In this document: positions 37,939 through 48,061 of the stretch, piece by piece
Layout: the number at the start of each line of letters is the position of its first letter
Numbering within the stretch: position 1 is the stretch's first letter
Source: a virus
Virus record (IMG/VR): IMGVR_UViG_3300032061_000001
Coordinates: 9,895-73,894 of that record
Strand: one strand, 5' to 3'
DNA length: 64,000 bases
Notes under the pieces: generated by a model
The model's database searches: none
Told to the model about the DNA's origin: nothing
Seen by the model: the letters and a program-made list of their open reading frames with translations, nothing else
Position numbers and translations under genes: made by a program

Positions 37939-40083
37939 TTAATGTGGTTTTAACGCGATCGTTCCGGATTCAGGGGGGAAATTGAACTGTATATCTTCAA
38001 ATCCTTTCTTGATTGCTTCTACGATTGGAGCCAACAAACCAAATTTTGGATCTAGCCCTGGAATAGTTGGAATTTTCCTATCATCAGGGAAATCAGAGGC
38101 AGTTCTATTAGCGTCATAATATTTGGATGAATATGGTGAAATTCCAGAAATTTCTTCATGGAATTTCATTTTCCCCATTGGGAGTATAAAATCCAGTAAT
38201 TTATTGCCGGTTGTCCATTTATTAAAAGATTTTGATGATCCCGCCATTTCATAATCTTTCGCCGATAATCCCATTCCCAAATCCTTGAGGCTCGAAATTG
38301 CGATATTCTTCTTTTGTTCTGGGGACCCCCAATTTGATAATACTACTTTTGCCATTTCAGGCAACCACTCCTTTAGCATTTCCGCTGCAGGACCAATAAT
38401 ATCGGTAATAACGGGCTTTATTTTATCAATTGCGTCACGAATTCCTTGCGCAATGGAAATCATGGATTCCTGATTTTTTGATCTGGCTTCAAAAAATTGG
38501 TCCAGCCCCTTTTGCCCTCCCGATTTATATGATTCATATGCACTGGCATATTCACCTGCACCAAGTTTTCCGCTTTTTGCTCTTGCCATGAAGTTCCTAT
38601 CCTTAATTGCTTCTCCGATTACACCAATATCAGTTGGAGAAACCCCCATGGACCGTGCCATTTGCATTTGCATGAAAAATTTCCTGCCACTATTTTCGCC
38701 AGCTCCGAAACTTCCGGAATATACATCAAATAGCCTTTCAATGTTCATTTTGTTCATACCGCCATTACCGCCATACATCTTATTAATATAAGCTTCAGAG
38801 CCCTTATCGGACACGCCCATTCCTTTCATGGCTTTCATTAAATCTTGGGGGGTCGCGAATGCTCCCAATTCTTTCATCATATCGGCCATCAGTTGATCAT
38901 AAGCACCCGATCCCCAATTGGTTTTACCTCCCTTTCCACCAATTCCTGCTAATCTAGCATTTCTGGATTGAAAAGCAGGATTAAGAGCTAGTGTCTGCAT
39001 ATATTGAAAGCTCTCATCCCCCCCGCTTCTAAATGCCTGATCGATTCTTAATGCAGCATTTGACCCACCGGACCCCCAATAAGTTCTATTTTTAGATGAA
39101 TTCAGAGTATCCAAGAGATTAAAAATACCAAAGGCACCGACCCCTTGGGTGCCGTGTGTTGCTCCTGATAAAACTTGAGACATGGCCTGTAAAGATTCTG
39201 AAGATCGATACATTATGTTTTGATTAAACATCAGCATTTTAATCATATCGGAATTGCCACCGCCTAAACCTTTTATATTTCCATGCTGGATAGCTCCTGA
39301 TAATAGTTCGTCAATAATGCCGGTATCAACTCCAAGACTTTTGCCGATATTTGCAATACTGACAAGACCCTTGGCTCCTCCTTTGGAAAAATCTGCCAAG
39401 TCTTTGGCCGTATTTAAAAGAGGGAGCATGTCTTTTGACGTCATGTATGCCGTTTGTCCCAATTCTTCTATGATCTTTTGGACCTCAAAAAATGGTTTCT
39501 TCGTCGAGTAATCCATCCCTTGTCTATTACGGGTAGAAGATAAAGCAGTTGCATAGGAAAGATTTCGTTCGTCAACCCCTCCAAGCTCACTTCCGACATT
39601 GGAAAAAATTGAATAAACGCCAGCAAGACCTAAAACCGCCCCCCCATATCTAGCAGCCTTCCTGCCAACAAATCTTCCTGTCCTGCCAAGCCTGGAACTA
39701 ATATCTCCCATTAAATCCTGCCGTTCTCTTCTCGCATCCAACGCATCTCTATTTTCGCGTTGTAAAACATCTCGTTGTAAATTTGTTATTTCGAGATCCT
39801 TTTGCATCTTCTTAAAACTTTCATTCGGCTGATTCCCGGTAATCGCCATGTCTAATTTAGAGGATGCTATTTTGCGTTCTAAATCTCTTCCTTTTTGATC
39901 AAGATCCGCCATTTTACGATCAAAAGCCTGCCTATCAGCTGCCATCTGCATAGGGGAATGTCTTTGCATCGCCTGATATGCCTGCTTCGATTTTTGGATA
40001 AGATTTTGATACCCATTCTCAATAGTCTTTAATCCAGTTACATCACCTGTTTGAGCATTTAACTTAATATTTACATCTGTCAT
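37939..40083 (-). CDS. tape measure protein
   Basis: 714-aa Gly/Ala/Met-rich helical protein after the tail chaperones. Confidence 0.8.
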   Translation of the reverse strand: MTDVNIKLNAQTGDVTGLKTIENGYQNLIQKSKQAYQAMQRHSPMQMAADRQAFDRKMADLDQKGRDLERKIASSKLDMAITGNQPNESFKKMQKDLEITNLQRDVLQRENRDALDARRERQDLMGDISSRLGRTGRFVGRKAARYGGAVLGLAGVYSIFSNVGSELGGVDERNLSYATALSSTRNRQGMDYSTKKPFFEVQKIIEELGQTAYMTSKDMLPLLNTAKDLADFSKGGAKGLVSIANIGKSLGVDTGIIDELLSGAIQHGNIKGLGGGNSDMIKMLMFNQNIMYRSSESLQAMSQVLSGATHGTQGVGAFGIFNLLDTLNSSKNRTYWGSGGSNAALRIDQAFRSGGDESFQYMQTLALNPAFQSRNARLAGIGGKGGKTNWGSGAYDQLMADMMKELGAFATPQDLMKAMKGMGVSDKGSEAYINKMYGGNGGMNKMNIERLFDVYSGSFGAGENSGRKFFMQMQMARSMGVSPTDIGVIGEAIKDRNFMARAKSGKLGAGEYASAYESYKSGGQKGLDQFFEARSKNQESMISIAQGIRDAIDKIKPVITDIIGPAAEMLKEWLPEMAKVVLSNWGSPEQKKNIAISSLKDLGMGLSAKDYEMAGSSKSFNKWTTGNKLLDFILPMGKMKFHEEISGISPYSSKYYDANRTASDFPDDRKIPTIPGLDPKFGLLAPIVEAIKKGFEDIQFNFPPESGTIALKPH

Positions 40084-40097
40084 ATTTGGTCCGAAAT

Positions 40098-40164
40098 AAA
40101 AAAAGCCTAAATATCAGCATAACTAATATCTAGGCTCAAATCTGTTATGTGATGTCAACAGATT
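40098..40164 (-). terminator. double hairpin ending in an intrinsic terminator just upstream of the TMP gene
   Basis: AATCTGTT..AACAGATT, then AGCCTAGATATTAG-TTATG-CTGATATTTAGGCT-T6. Confidence 0.6.
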
Positions 40165-40195
40165 ATCAATCCAATCCAATAAAGTAAAAGGCATA

Positions 40196-40848
40196 TTATT
40201 TCTTCTGCCATTTTTCGGGATTATCAAAGTCAGGAATGCCGGTAGCCTGTTTGTTATCCGGAAAAGGAGACGAATCCGAAACCGGATCAACTACCGGCAT
40301 TCCCTTTAGTTCTTTTAGACATTCATCATGATAATCAACCAATGCATTGTGATATTTTTTCTTTTCATCAATTGGTAATTTGGTAAATTTTTCATATGGT
40401 ATCGTTAGCTTTATCCATTCATCATATTTACCGATTCCCCGCAAAACATTAAGATAATGGGAAACGCGAATAATAATGAAATTTGTAACTGCTTGTTCGC
40501 TAATCTCCCTAGCCTTATCGCTCATTTTCCCGGTGACGGCCGAGAATAGTAACTCTTTTTGCTCTTGTATATTTAGAGAATTGAACTTTTTTGACTTCTC
40601 AAAAAGAACTTCTCCCGGGTATTTATCAGCCAATTCTTTAGGACTTATAGATTCATCTCCGGGATCTAATCCCTCCGATAAATTATGCAATTTTGTATTT
40701 GCTATCCTGGTATGATGCCATAATTCGATATCATAATCCGTGGCCGCTAAATATTCAGGGCTGTGAACTGTCAATCCAAAATGGTCGCAATATTGCCATC
40801 TGATCGAAAAGACATTATCAATCGATTGTTCTATGATACTTTTTTTTT
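40196..40848 (-). CDS. tail assembly chaperone, -1 frameshift extension (gpGT-like)
   Basis: entered from 40831..41328 through the A9 run (plus-strand T9 at 40840-40848). Confidence 0.7.
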
Positions 40849-41328
40849 CCGGTCCATGAATTCGACCTCGCACCATTGGATTTGATATCCGAGGTTGAAT
40901 TGTTCGACATCGTTTAGATTTTCGATATTGAAATCCTTGGGGGCCTCATCTAACAAAACAGCTGTATGTGTCAGAACTTTCGCCGTCACAATCAAATCAA
41001 GGTCCTTACTGTCCATGATCTCATCCGTCGAAAATCGTAACCCCGTCTTTGGAATAGTTGTGACCCTTGAAAGAAGCAATTTTATTTTTACTTTGTCTTC
41101 GATATTCGGAATTCTGAAGATAAACCGATCGCCATTAAAGACGAATGAATATCGTCTCTCGTCCTCTTCTCTGAAATCCCATTCTTTGTATTTTTCCTGC
41201 AGAAATTCTTTGAACTTTTTCTCGGCCTCTGCTTTCTCTTTTTCTTCTTGCTCAACCTTTTGTTTTTCTATTTCTGCCGGGGATAGTTCCTTTGTTTCTT
41301 GGGTAGGTTCGGTTGGTGCGGTTTCCAT
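40831..41328 (-). CDS. tail assembly chaperone (gpG-like)
   Basis: between tube and TMP; ends CGG AAA AAA AAA GTA TCA TAG. Confidence 0.75.
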   Translation of the reverse strand: METAPTEPTQETKELSPAEIEKQKVEQEEKEKAEAEKKFKEFLQEKYKEWDFREEDERRYSFVFNGDRFIFRIPNIEDKVKIKLLLSRVTTIPKTGLRFSTDEIMDSKDLDLIVTAKVLTHTAVLLDEAPKDFNIENLNDVEQFNLGYQIQWCEVEFMDRKKKVS

Positions 41329-41370
41329 GCTTTTCGTCTCCTTATTTTTTGTGTAAATCTTGTGTAAATA

Positions 41371-41925
41371 TTATACGGCAAGCTTATTAAAGTCTTTCAA
41401 TACATCCCAATCCCGTTCCATGATTGTTCCTACAGCCGTGAAGGCATCTTTTAACATGGCATTGGGGTTTACGGTAATGCTTGATCCGGTATTAACGCAA
41501 TTGCGAACAGTAATGAATGGTTCGGTCTGGATGTCAGCCGGATCAGATTTTGTCCGATCAATCATGATGATATCAATGTCGAATACCCGATTGATATTAG
41601 CAATAATATCAGCTTCATTTTTGGGATAAAATCCACTGTCCTTCAGGGACATTGCCACATTTAATGTGATCTGTCCACTGATATTGACGGTGACCCCGTT
41701 GACATCAAATCCGACCGGGGCAATTGATCCGACCATATAGATTGGTGAGCGGTTAACAGATTGGCTGATTGTCAGGTTTTCGAGAAGAAAGATTGGGACG
41801 CTTCCTAATTTTATAACAGCCGCACTAGCATGTAAGTATCGCAAGTCCCCGGCTTCGTCTGCCCCCTGAAAAGCATCTTGAATATTTTGTGGGGGAGAAT
41901 AAAGTTTTTGTGTATAATCTGCCAT
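41371..41925 (-). CDS. tail tube protein
   Basis: 184 aa directly after the sheath; beta-rich. Confidence 0.8.
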   Translation of the reverse strand: MADYTQKLYSPPQNIQDAFQGADEAGDLRYLHASAAVIKLGSVPIFLLENLTISQSVNRSPIYMVGSIAPVGFDVNGVTVNISGQITLNVAMSLKDSGFYPKNEADIIANINRVFDIDIIMIDRTKSDPADIQTEPFITVRNCVNTGSSITVNPNAMLKDAFTAVGTIMERDWDVLKDFNKLAV

Positions 41926-41941
41926 TTTTACCTGCTAGATT

Positions 41942-43678
41942 TTAGGTGTTTAGAAATTCAGTGGTACCAAACCCGAATTCAGGAATTGCAGGAACGACCA
42001 AATTGTGAACAGTATAATCGAATGTGATCCCCGAGGTAGAAAATTCAATATCACCCCAATCAGTGACCCAATAAACTGATTTATTAGCCTGCGATTCCAG
42101 CACTCTTCTAATATAAGTCTTTCCTTCAGCATTAAAAGGAGCCACACCACTTTGCTGAAATCCAGACATCCAGCTCTCAAGCTTTCTGGCGATATCATTA
42201 TCAGAAAGCATCGCACAACGAACGCGAGAAGGAACTGTCATCATTGGTTCAATAGATGACTTTTTGGTCGTAAAAAATTGCCGTATTCGGGTAGTGGTAT
42301 CTGTAATTGCGAAGATAACGGATGCCTGATGCAGTTTTTTACGGTCAGCTTCACTATAAGAAGTGGATGCCTTAATTGCCGTTACTGTTTGGTTAGTCAA
42401 TACACGACTTGCCAGGCCACCCAAGAACATGGATGCAGCTCTTACCGCAAAATAACATGGCAATTGAGAACGCTCTATTCCCTGTTGATTAATGGCATCC
42501 AGACCATCACCAAAGAATTGAGAATATTCCGAATCATGAGTATTTGAGATCGTCACAATTGCATCGGCATCTGACGGTTTGGCAATAAACCCTCCATTCC
42601 ATCCATAACCACCATGGGCTGAAATAAATGATTGCCTCCTCTTGCCACGCTTATCCGGTTGATTCATTTTGACAGCATGTTGCTCATCCAGAACCATAAT
42701 AGCGGCTGTTAAAGTAGCATCATAGGGAGCGGGGATACCATCTGCGATTGGACAGGTGACTGCAAGAAACTGTTTTTCGAGTTCGTCATAAACCTTACCC
42801 CATTGGGTCGCATCAGGATCAACTCCGGAAGTTCCGCCAGCGAGATAAAATTCGAAATCCTCCACCATGACTGTCGCGGTCGCGGCCAATGTTGCATCGA
42901 CGTCAACGATTTCTTTATCCAGAAAATCATAAAGTTGTTTCAGGTCCGCTTTGAGTATAAGTCCGGCTGTAATAGCATTCTCGCCAACCAAATGGTCGAA
43001 TAATCCTAACGTCGATTGGTTATCAGAAGTGGTTACATCTTTTACAATGGTGATCGTGTCATCACCATTTTCAATAGCGTTGATTAGGTCTATCAGCTTC
43101 GGATAATCACTGAATTTATAGTCAACCAATGCTCCGGTTAAACCGACCGATATTGTCGTCGCGGTAATTGTGACGAATCCAGAAGCCATCGTAATGGTCA
43201 TAATCGGGTTATCAATCGTTTTTGTATATGTATCGGGGGACCATGGGAATGTTACAGTTGCGAGTTTCGATGCTAGACTTACTTTAATGCCGTTACCAGC
43301 CGGGCCATAGATTTTACTACCTAATGTTATTGCTGATACTCCTCCGAGCGCTGTTGTTTTAATGATTCCAGTTGCCTGAACTAATGCGCGGGGATTAAAA
43401 AACCTGACATCTTGGGCAGGAGAAAGAGATGGGGATGGATTAAATGCCCCATATGCTGCCTCAACCACTGGCCCCTGGTCACCAAATACTTTCTGGACTT
43501 CGGAAACATTTGTCGCCGCGACATATTCTCCAAATGCAGGTCCGTTAATGCCCTCAGCAATAATCATTAGCGCATTGACGCCAGATGGATTCGGGTTTGC
43601 ATTTCCTACCGTTACGACTTTGGAATATACGCCAGGATCGAAAATGTCTTTTCCATAAAAACTATAAATCTGAGCCAT
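41942..43678 (-). CDS. tail sheath protein
   Basis: F.GK.I..PGVY N-terminus, LAGGTSG; start at 43678 (TAATG coupling). Confidence 0.88.
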   Translation of the reverse strand: MAQIYSFYGKDIFDPGVYSKVVTVGNANPNPSGVNALMIIAEGINGPAFGEYVAATNVSEVQKVFGDQGPVVEAAYGAFNPSPSLSPAQDVRFFNPRALVQATGIIKTTALGGVSAITLGSKIYGPAGNGIKVSLASKLATVTFPWSPDTYTKTIDNPIMTITMASGFVTITATTISVGLTGALVDYKFSDYPKLIDLINAIENGDDTITIVKDVTTSDNQSTLGLFDHLVGENAITAGLILKADLKQLYDFLDKEIVDVDATLAATATVMVEDFEFYLAGGTSGVDPDATQWGKVYDELEKQFLAVTCPIADGIPAPYDATLTAAIMVLDEQHAVKMNQPDKRGKRRQSFISAHGGYGWNGGFIAKPSDADAIVTISNTHDSEYSQFFGDGLDAINQQGIERSQLPCYFAVRAASMFLGGLASRVLTNQTVTAIKASTSYSEADRKKLHQASVIFAITDTTTRIRQFFTTKKSSIEPMMTVPSRVRCAMLSDNDIARKLESWMSGFQQSGVAPFNAEGKTYIRRVLESQANKSVYWVTDWGDIEFSTSGITFDYTVHNLVVPAIPEFGFGTTEFLNT

Positions 43679-43938
43679 TATTTTCTCCTGAAGGTTGTAT
43701 CCCAAACTTTACGATAATTTTCTTCGGTGTCAACGGGAGGAACAACTTTTGGGAAAGCGGTAAATACCCCCGCATGTATATCAATTCCCCTCAATTCCTC
43801 TTTTATTTTTTTGATAAAGATTCTGGATGAAATCTTTGGGGGCTCTTGTTTGGATACTTTTTTTTCCTCACCTGTCCCAAAGAATTCTTTTACATCTCCA
43901 ATTACTTCATCAACTTTTGTAGTCGTTTGTTTTGCCAT
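43678..43938 (-). CDS. small hypothetical protein
   Basis: 86 aa, coupled to the sheath gene. Confidence 0.55.
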   Translation of the reverse strand: MAKQTTTKVDEVIGDVKEFFGTGEEKKVSKQEPPKISSRIFIKKIKEELRGIDIHAGVFTAFPKVVPPVDTEENYRKVWDTTFRRK

Positions 43939-43945
43939 TTTTTTC

Positions 43946-44533
43946 TCAACGTGGTGTTACAATTCCACTTCGATAAGATTCATAATTGATAGTCGTCGTT
44001 CTGATTGCTATTCCGTTCTGTCTTGATAATTGTTCATCAGCGGTATATGGTGTTTCTGCAACGGTTGGGCTATCGAGAAAATTCATGATAAAAAATTGTC
44101 TCCCCGCTAATAATAAAGAGGTGACTAAAGTCTGAAAGATGCTCACTTCTGCCATATTTTGAGTGTGCCCTTTTGTCAGACCTGTAATTGCCAATTGCGT
44201 TGCTGATTTCCCATTGTATATGTTGTCACCGATTGTAGATGTAGTCTGTTGCCAGCCACCTTCAATAAAATATATAGTCCCCGGCTGTATGGTTTCTTTG
44301 TCATTAATCGGGTACCCAGTACCAAATTTAACAGGATGTAGAATTACTCTTTTAAGAACCTCTACTTCATCATCTGAATATTCCGGTCGTCCCTGAAGAT
44401 CAACAAATTGGCTAATGAACATGGGGAAATTATCTTCGGTTAATGGCGGTCTCTTAGTAATGCCAAGGGACTCAACCTTTTCAGGTTTTAACCACGCCAT
44501 TAACCAATTTTTGATGATAACTTCCGCTTTCAT
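43946..44533 (-). CDS. putative tail terminator / head completion protein
   Basis: position between capsid and sheath. Confidence 0.45.
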   Translation of the reverse strand: MKAEVIIKNWLMAWLKPEKVESLGITKRPPLTEDNFPMFISQFVDLQGRPEYSDDEVEVLKRVILHPVKFGTGYPINDKETIQPGTIYFIEGGWQQTTSTIGDNIYNGKSATQLAITGLTKGHTQNMAEVSIFQTLVTSLLLAGRQFFIMNFLDSPTVAETPYTADEQLSRQNGIAIRTTTINYESYRSGIVTPR

Positions 44534-44547
44534 TAGTCAATTATCAA

Positions 44548-46473
44548 TTAAAGACTGAATCCGGGAACGTTACGAACAATAAAATTACGTTGTGGTGCCC
44601 AGACTGCCAGACCTGCTATATCTACAATTGCCCATTGGCGAGTCGTCCCATAATTGATGTCATACAGCGGGACTTCAAATGCCGGTGTCAATGAGATGTG
44701 CGCAATATCCAGCGGGTTGTTTGAAATGAAAAACATATCCGAAGTTCCAGGAATTTTCTGGTTGTAGTCGGTATATACAGTATCATCGGTTCCATTGATC
44801 GGAACTTTGGCAATACATTTTAATGCTGAATCAGCGGTTTCCCCGGCATTTCCACGATAGATCAGAAAATATCTGGCGGGAGAGACAGTATAACCACCGA
44901 CCGTGCCACCAGCGAATGCAGCATCATAGGGGATGGTAATATCGACTACTTCAGTCGCGCCGACTGGATCTGGGGTAGTACCTTCAGATGTTGTCACAAG
45001 AGAATCTGAAACATCACTCTCACCGTGATCGTTTACAACTGATACTCGATATGTATAAGATCCTACCGGAGTATTCTTTGCTTCATCCACAGTTGCCCTA
45101 GCAATTGCTGTCACATCGGTGGCGGCAAGAGGCCAGGTTATCGCATTTTTGGAAACATCTGCGGCCGGTGTCCATGTGTCATTGGCGGTCAAATTGATTG
45201 TTTTTGAACGCTTGAACATGAACGTTCCAAGATCAGTCACGAACCCGGAAAAGTTCTGACCATAATAGAGGGCCGCTTGTTCATATTTTTCGATCATAAC
45301 CCGTTGTTTACCATCAACAACAGTGCTGATATTGTTGGCAACGCCGTAATCCATCAACACGGAATATTTACCGGTGATGACACCCCCGGGAATATGACCG
45401 TTGACAATCAGTTTCTCGGCTACTTCACGGAAGATGTTCAGAGGATCAGCTGAATCGCTGAACGCTACCCCATTCCAATCAATAACATGATCCGGATAAC
45501 CAGTTGTGGCATCCAGCATTTGGTTTAACATGCCCTGGACTTCAAGAACAGTTGTGCCGTCTTTATTAATCAGGGAATCTCCATAAAGAAGATTGTGGTT
45601 CTTCCCTAGGTTGAATTCCAGAATGCGAAGTTCTCGTTCCAATGCCAGCGGGTTAAGATTGATCAATTTCTGCTTATTGGCCAGCAACATTTCAGTTACA
45701 GCGCATCGAATACCACGCTGTACCAATGTATTTGTCAACCGGTCCATCAATTGACCACCACCATATACCGGAGTTTTACCTTCCCCGAATCCCATGGTAT
45801 GCTTTCCATAACCGACACCATAAGTTTTTAACCGGGGGACTTCAGGTACGATATTTGGCGTTATCGCCGTGGGTATCGATTGTAGTGCGGTTGCGTCATC
45901 ATTCGACAACATGATACGCTGAATTTTTTGGGATAGGTTTTCCTCTAAGAAATTGTAAAATGCTCCGGGATCTCCGGGAGCTGCAGATGTTCCCAAAATG
46001 GATTTTGCCATATCGGCATATTGCTGATATTCACCATCCGTCCAGGATTTCATTAATTTCTTATACTTCGGGTCTTCCGGGTTCTTCTGTTGTTGCATTT
46101 GCTCTGCGGATAGCAGAGATTTCATCATGCTGCCAATTGCTGGCTGCAGGGACCCGGGTCCATATTTGGCATTGTAAAGGCTTTCGCTCGCTAAACCGAG
46201 ATGAATTCTCAAAGCTTCATCGAGAGATTTCCCGGGATAACTTTCTTCAAGAAGATCGTCAAATGATTTCACAAATGGTTCTACCGGCCCCAAAAAGTTA
46301 GGGGGAAGTTCCGCTTTTCGCTGATTAGCTTCCAGAACGCTAATTTTATTTTCCATTCGGGCTGTCTTTAGTCTAACAGCCTCGTCAATCGACTTTTTCA
46401 GCAAGGTCATGTTCTTTTCTAATTGAACATCCATGCTTTCTGTAGTCGGTTTTCCATCTAATTTATCAGCCAT
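44548..46473 (-). CDS. major capsid protein with long pro-region and Ig/FN3-like insertion
   Basis: follows protease and scaffold; ENL, LLYGDS..I, EVQG; YTYRVSVVNDHGES..YFLIYRG insertion as in Herelleviridae-like capsids. Confidence 0.85.
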   Translation of the reverse strand: MADKLDGKPTTESMDVQLEKNMTLLKKSIDEAVRLKTARMENKISVLEANQRKAELPPNFLGPVEPFVKSFDDLLEESYPGKSLDEALRIHLGLASESLYNAKYGPGSLQPAIGSMMKSLLSAEQMQQQKNPEDPKYKKLMKSWTDGEYQQYADMAKSILGTSAAPGDPGAFYNFLEENLSQKIQRIMLSNDDATALQSIPTAITPNIVPEVPRLKTYGVGYGKHTMGFGEGKTPVYGGGQLMDRLTNTLVQRGIRCAVTEMLLANKQKLINLNPLALERELRILEFNLGKNHNLLYGDSLINKDGTTVLEVQGMLNQMLDATTGYPDHVIDWNGVAFSDSADPLNIFREVAEKLIVNGHIPGGVITGKYSVLMDYGVANNISTVVDGKQRVMIEKYEQAALYYGQNFSGFVTDLGTFMFKRSKTINLTANDTWTPAADVSKNAITWPLAATDVTAIARATVDEAKNTPVGSYTYRVSVVNDHGESDVSDSLVTTSEGTTPDPVGATEVVDITIPYDAAFAGGTVGGYTVSPARYFLIYRGNAGETADSALKCIAKVPINGTDDTVYTDYNQKIPGTSDMFFISNNPLDIAHISLTPAFEVPLYDINYGTTRQWAIVDIAGLAVWAPQRNFIVRNVPGFSL

Positions 46474-46517
46474 TTTTTTCCTGTGCTGTGAGAGTTAAAG
46501 AAAGCCCCGAAATGGTG

Positions 46518-47360
46518 CTAACTAAGAATATGGTTCCGAATCAGTTCCCCATCTTCTTCGTTCATCCGAGTAATTTGAGCCAACGCATCTTCGGGATCAA
46601 ATTTATTGATGATCTCGGAATATTCGTAATATTTTTTCAGCTGAGCCGCATCATTTCTGGACTTACTGAAAAAATTGCTTTTGATTGATTTTTGCAAGTC
46701 GCCGCGGACAAATCCTTTTGAAAGATTTGATTGCGTGTCCAGTTCGGATAATGGATCACTGGCGTCAAGAGTTGGAAGCTTTAATTCATCATCTCCTTTG
46801 GGAGGATCGGCCTTATCCTTTTCCGTATCGCCTTCTTTTCCGTTTTCCTTGGTCATGGATTTTTGTAATTCGGCATGCATATCCGAAACTGATTTGGCGA
46901 GAGTTGCGATTGTCTGAAGGATGACAGCATCTTTTACGGCATTGCGCTCATTAGTTTCCTGGATTGAATACACAATCCCGGCCAGATATTTTTCACTCTG
47001 AGTTTCAGCTTCTTGGAGTGATTTCAGCATTTCGTCACTGATAAATCGATCACCATCCGGGGAAAACATTTCTTGAGGATTAACGCCGCATGCTTCCGTC
47101 AATTCTTTGATGAAGTCTTTCGCTTTTTCCAGATCTGCTCCGAATGATTTTGCCATTTCTGCAGCATCCACTTTGGAAAAATCGATTGGTTCTGTTTCCG
47201 GTTCTTGCTCCTCAACTTTCTTTTCGACATGTGATTTCAAAAGCTCGGTAACACCGGTCAATTGATCCCCAATTTTATCCAAACTTGATTTTTCTTTCCC
47301 GGCTTCCTCTGCGAGTTTTGCCGCTTTATCTTTTTCTTCTTGTGTCAGCTCTGCGCCCAT
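46518..47360 (-). CDS. capsid scaffolding protein
   Basis: acidic helical protein between protease and MCP; nine KS dipeptides; start reset to MGAEL. Confidence 0.75.
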   Translation of the reverse strand: MGAELTQEEKDKAAKLAEEAGKEKSSLDKIGDQLTGVTELLKSHVEKKVEEQEPETEPIDFSKVDAAEMAKSFGADLEKAKDFIKELTEACGVNPQEMFSPDGDRFISDEMLKSLQEAETQSEKYLAGIVYSIQETNERNAVKDAVILQTIATLAKSVSDMHAELQKSMTKENGKEGDTEKDKADPPKGDDELKLPTLDASDPLSELDTQSNLSKGFVRGDLQKSIKSNFFSKSRNDAAQLKKYYEYSEIINKFDPEDALAQITRMNEEDGELIRNHILS

Positions 47361-48061
47361 TATAAACCTCGTATTTTTTGGCATAGATTAACGGTTAGAT
47401 CGACTGGTATGCCGATGCTTTTGCAAAATGAAAACAATCCCTCAAAGTCTTTGACTTGATTTAAATTATGCATAATTTCTTCGCTAGACAAACCGCTATT
47501 GATAGCCATTGTTTGAGAAATTTCTGTTTTGGTTAATTCTCGCAAAGATTTTGCCAATGCTCTCACGGTGCATTCATTCGGATTAACGGCTTTATCAGTA
47601 AGAGCAACATCAGTCACAATTGATTTGACAATCATATTGCCTTGATTCATCTTTTTGCCCTGAACTGACCAGGCAAGTGGAGGAACACCTTCCGGATCAG
47701 CCATATGCCTTAATGAATGATCCCACGCCCAATCCGCTATATCCATTGCCTGGATTGTATCCGGATGAGAACCAACAAACTCGGATCTGTCCGCTAGCAT
47801 TCCCTTGACATATAATCCTTTTTCTAGCAGTGCGACCTGAAGTGGTTTCCCAATAATTAGTCGATCATTATGATCCCAATTTATTTTCCCCTGACGGCTT
47901 GATAGATAAGCGAAATCCATCCCCTTCATTAAAAATTGCTCATCCTGGAAATCTTTGCTTGGCCCTGCGGCATAACCGCCAAGTATTCTCCTCTGCTTTC
48001 CGCCAATCGATTTTTCCAACGCTTCAGCAACGTCAATATGTAATGTCAGAAAATCATTCAT
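47360..48061 (-). CDS. prohead maturation protease
   Basis: GYA....DFQDE, INWDH (His), WSVQG (Ser), VALT..AVNP. Confidence 0.88.
   Translation of the reverse strand: MNDFLTLHIDVAEALEKSIGGKQRRILGGYAAGPSKDFQDEQFLMKGMDFAYLSSRQGKINWDHNDRLIIGKPLQVALLEKGLYVKGMLADRSEFVGSHPDTIQAMDIADWAWDHSLRHMADPEGVPPLAWSVQGKKMNQGNMIVKSIVTDVALTDKAVNPNECTVRALAKSLRELTKTEISQTMAINSGLSSEEIMHNLNQVKDFEGLFSFCKSIGIPVDLTVNLCQKIRGL

Noticed and set aside
44760-45150. Ig/FN3-like segment in the capsid protein as a novel fusion
   Set aside because: A comparable insertion is known in Herelleviridae-like major capsid proteins.
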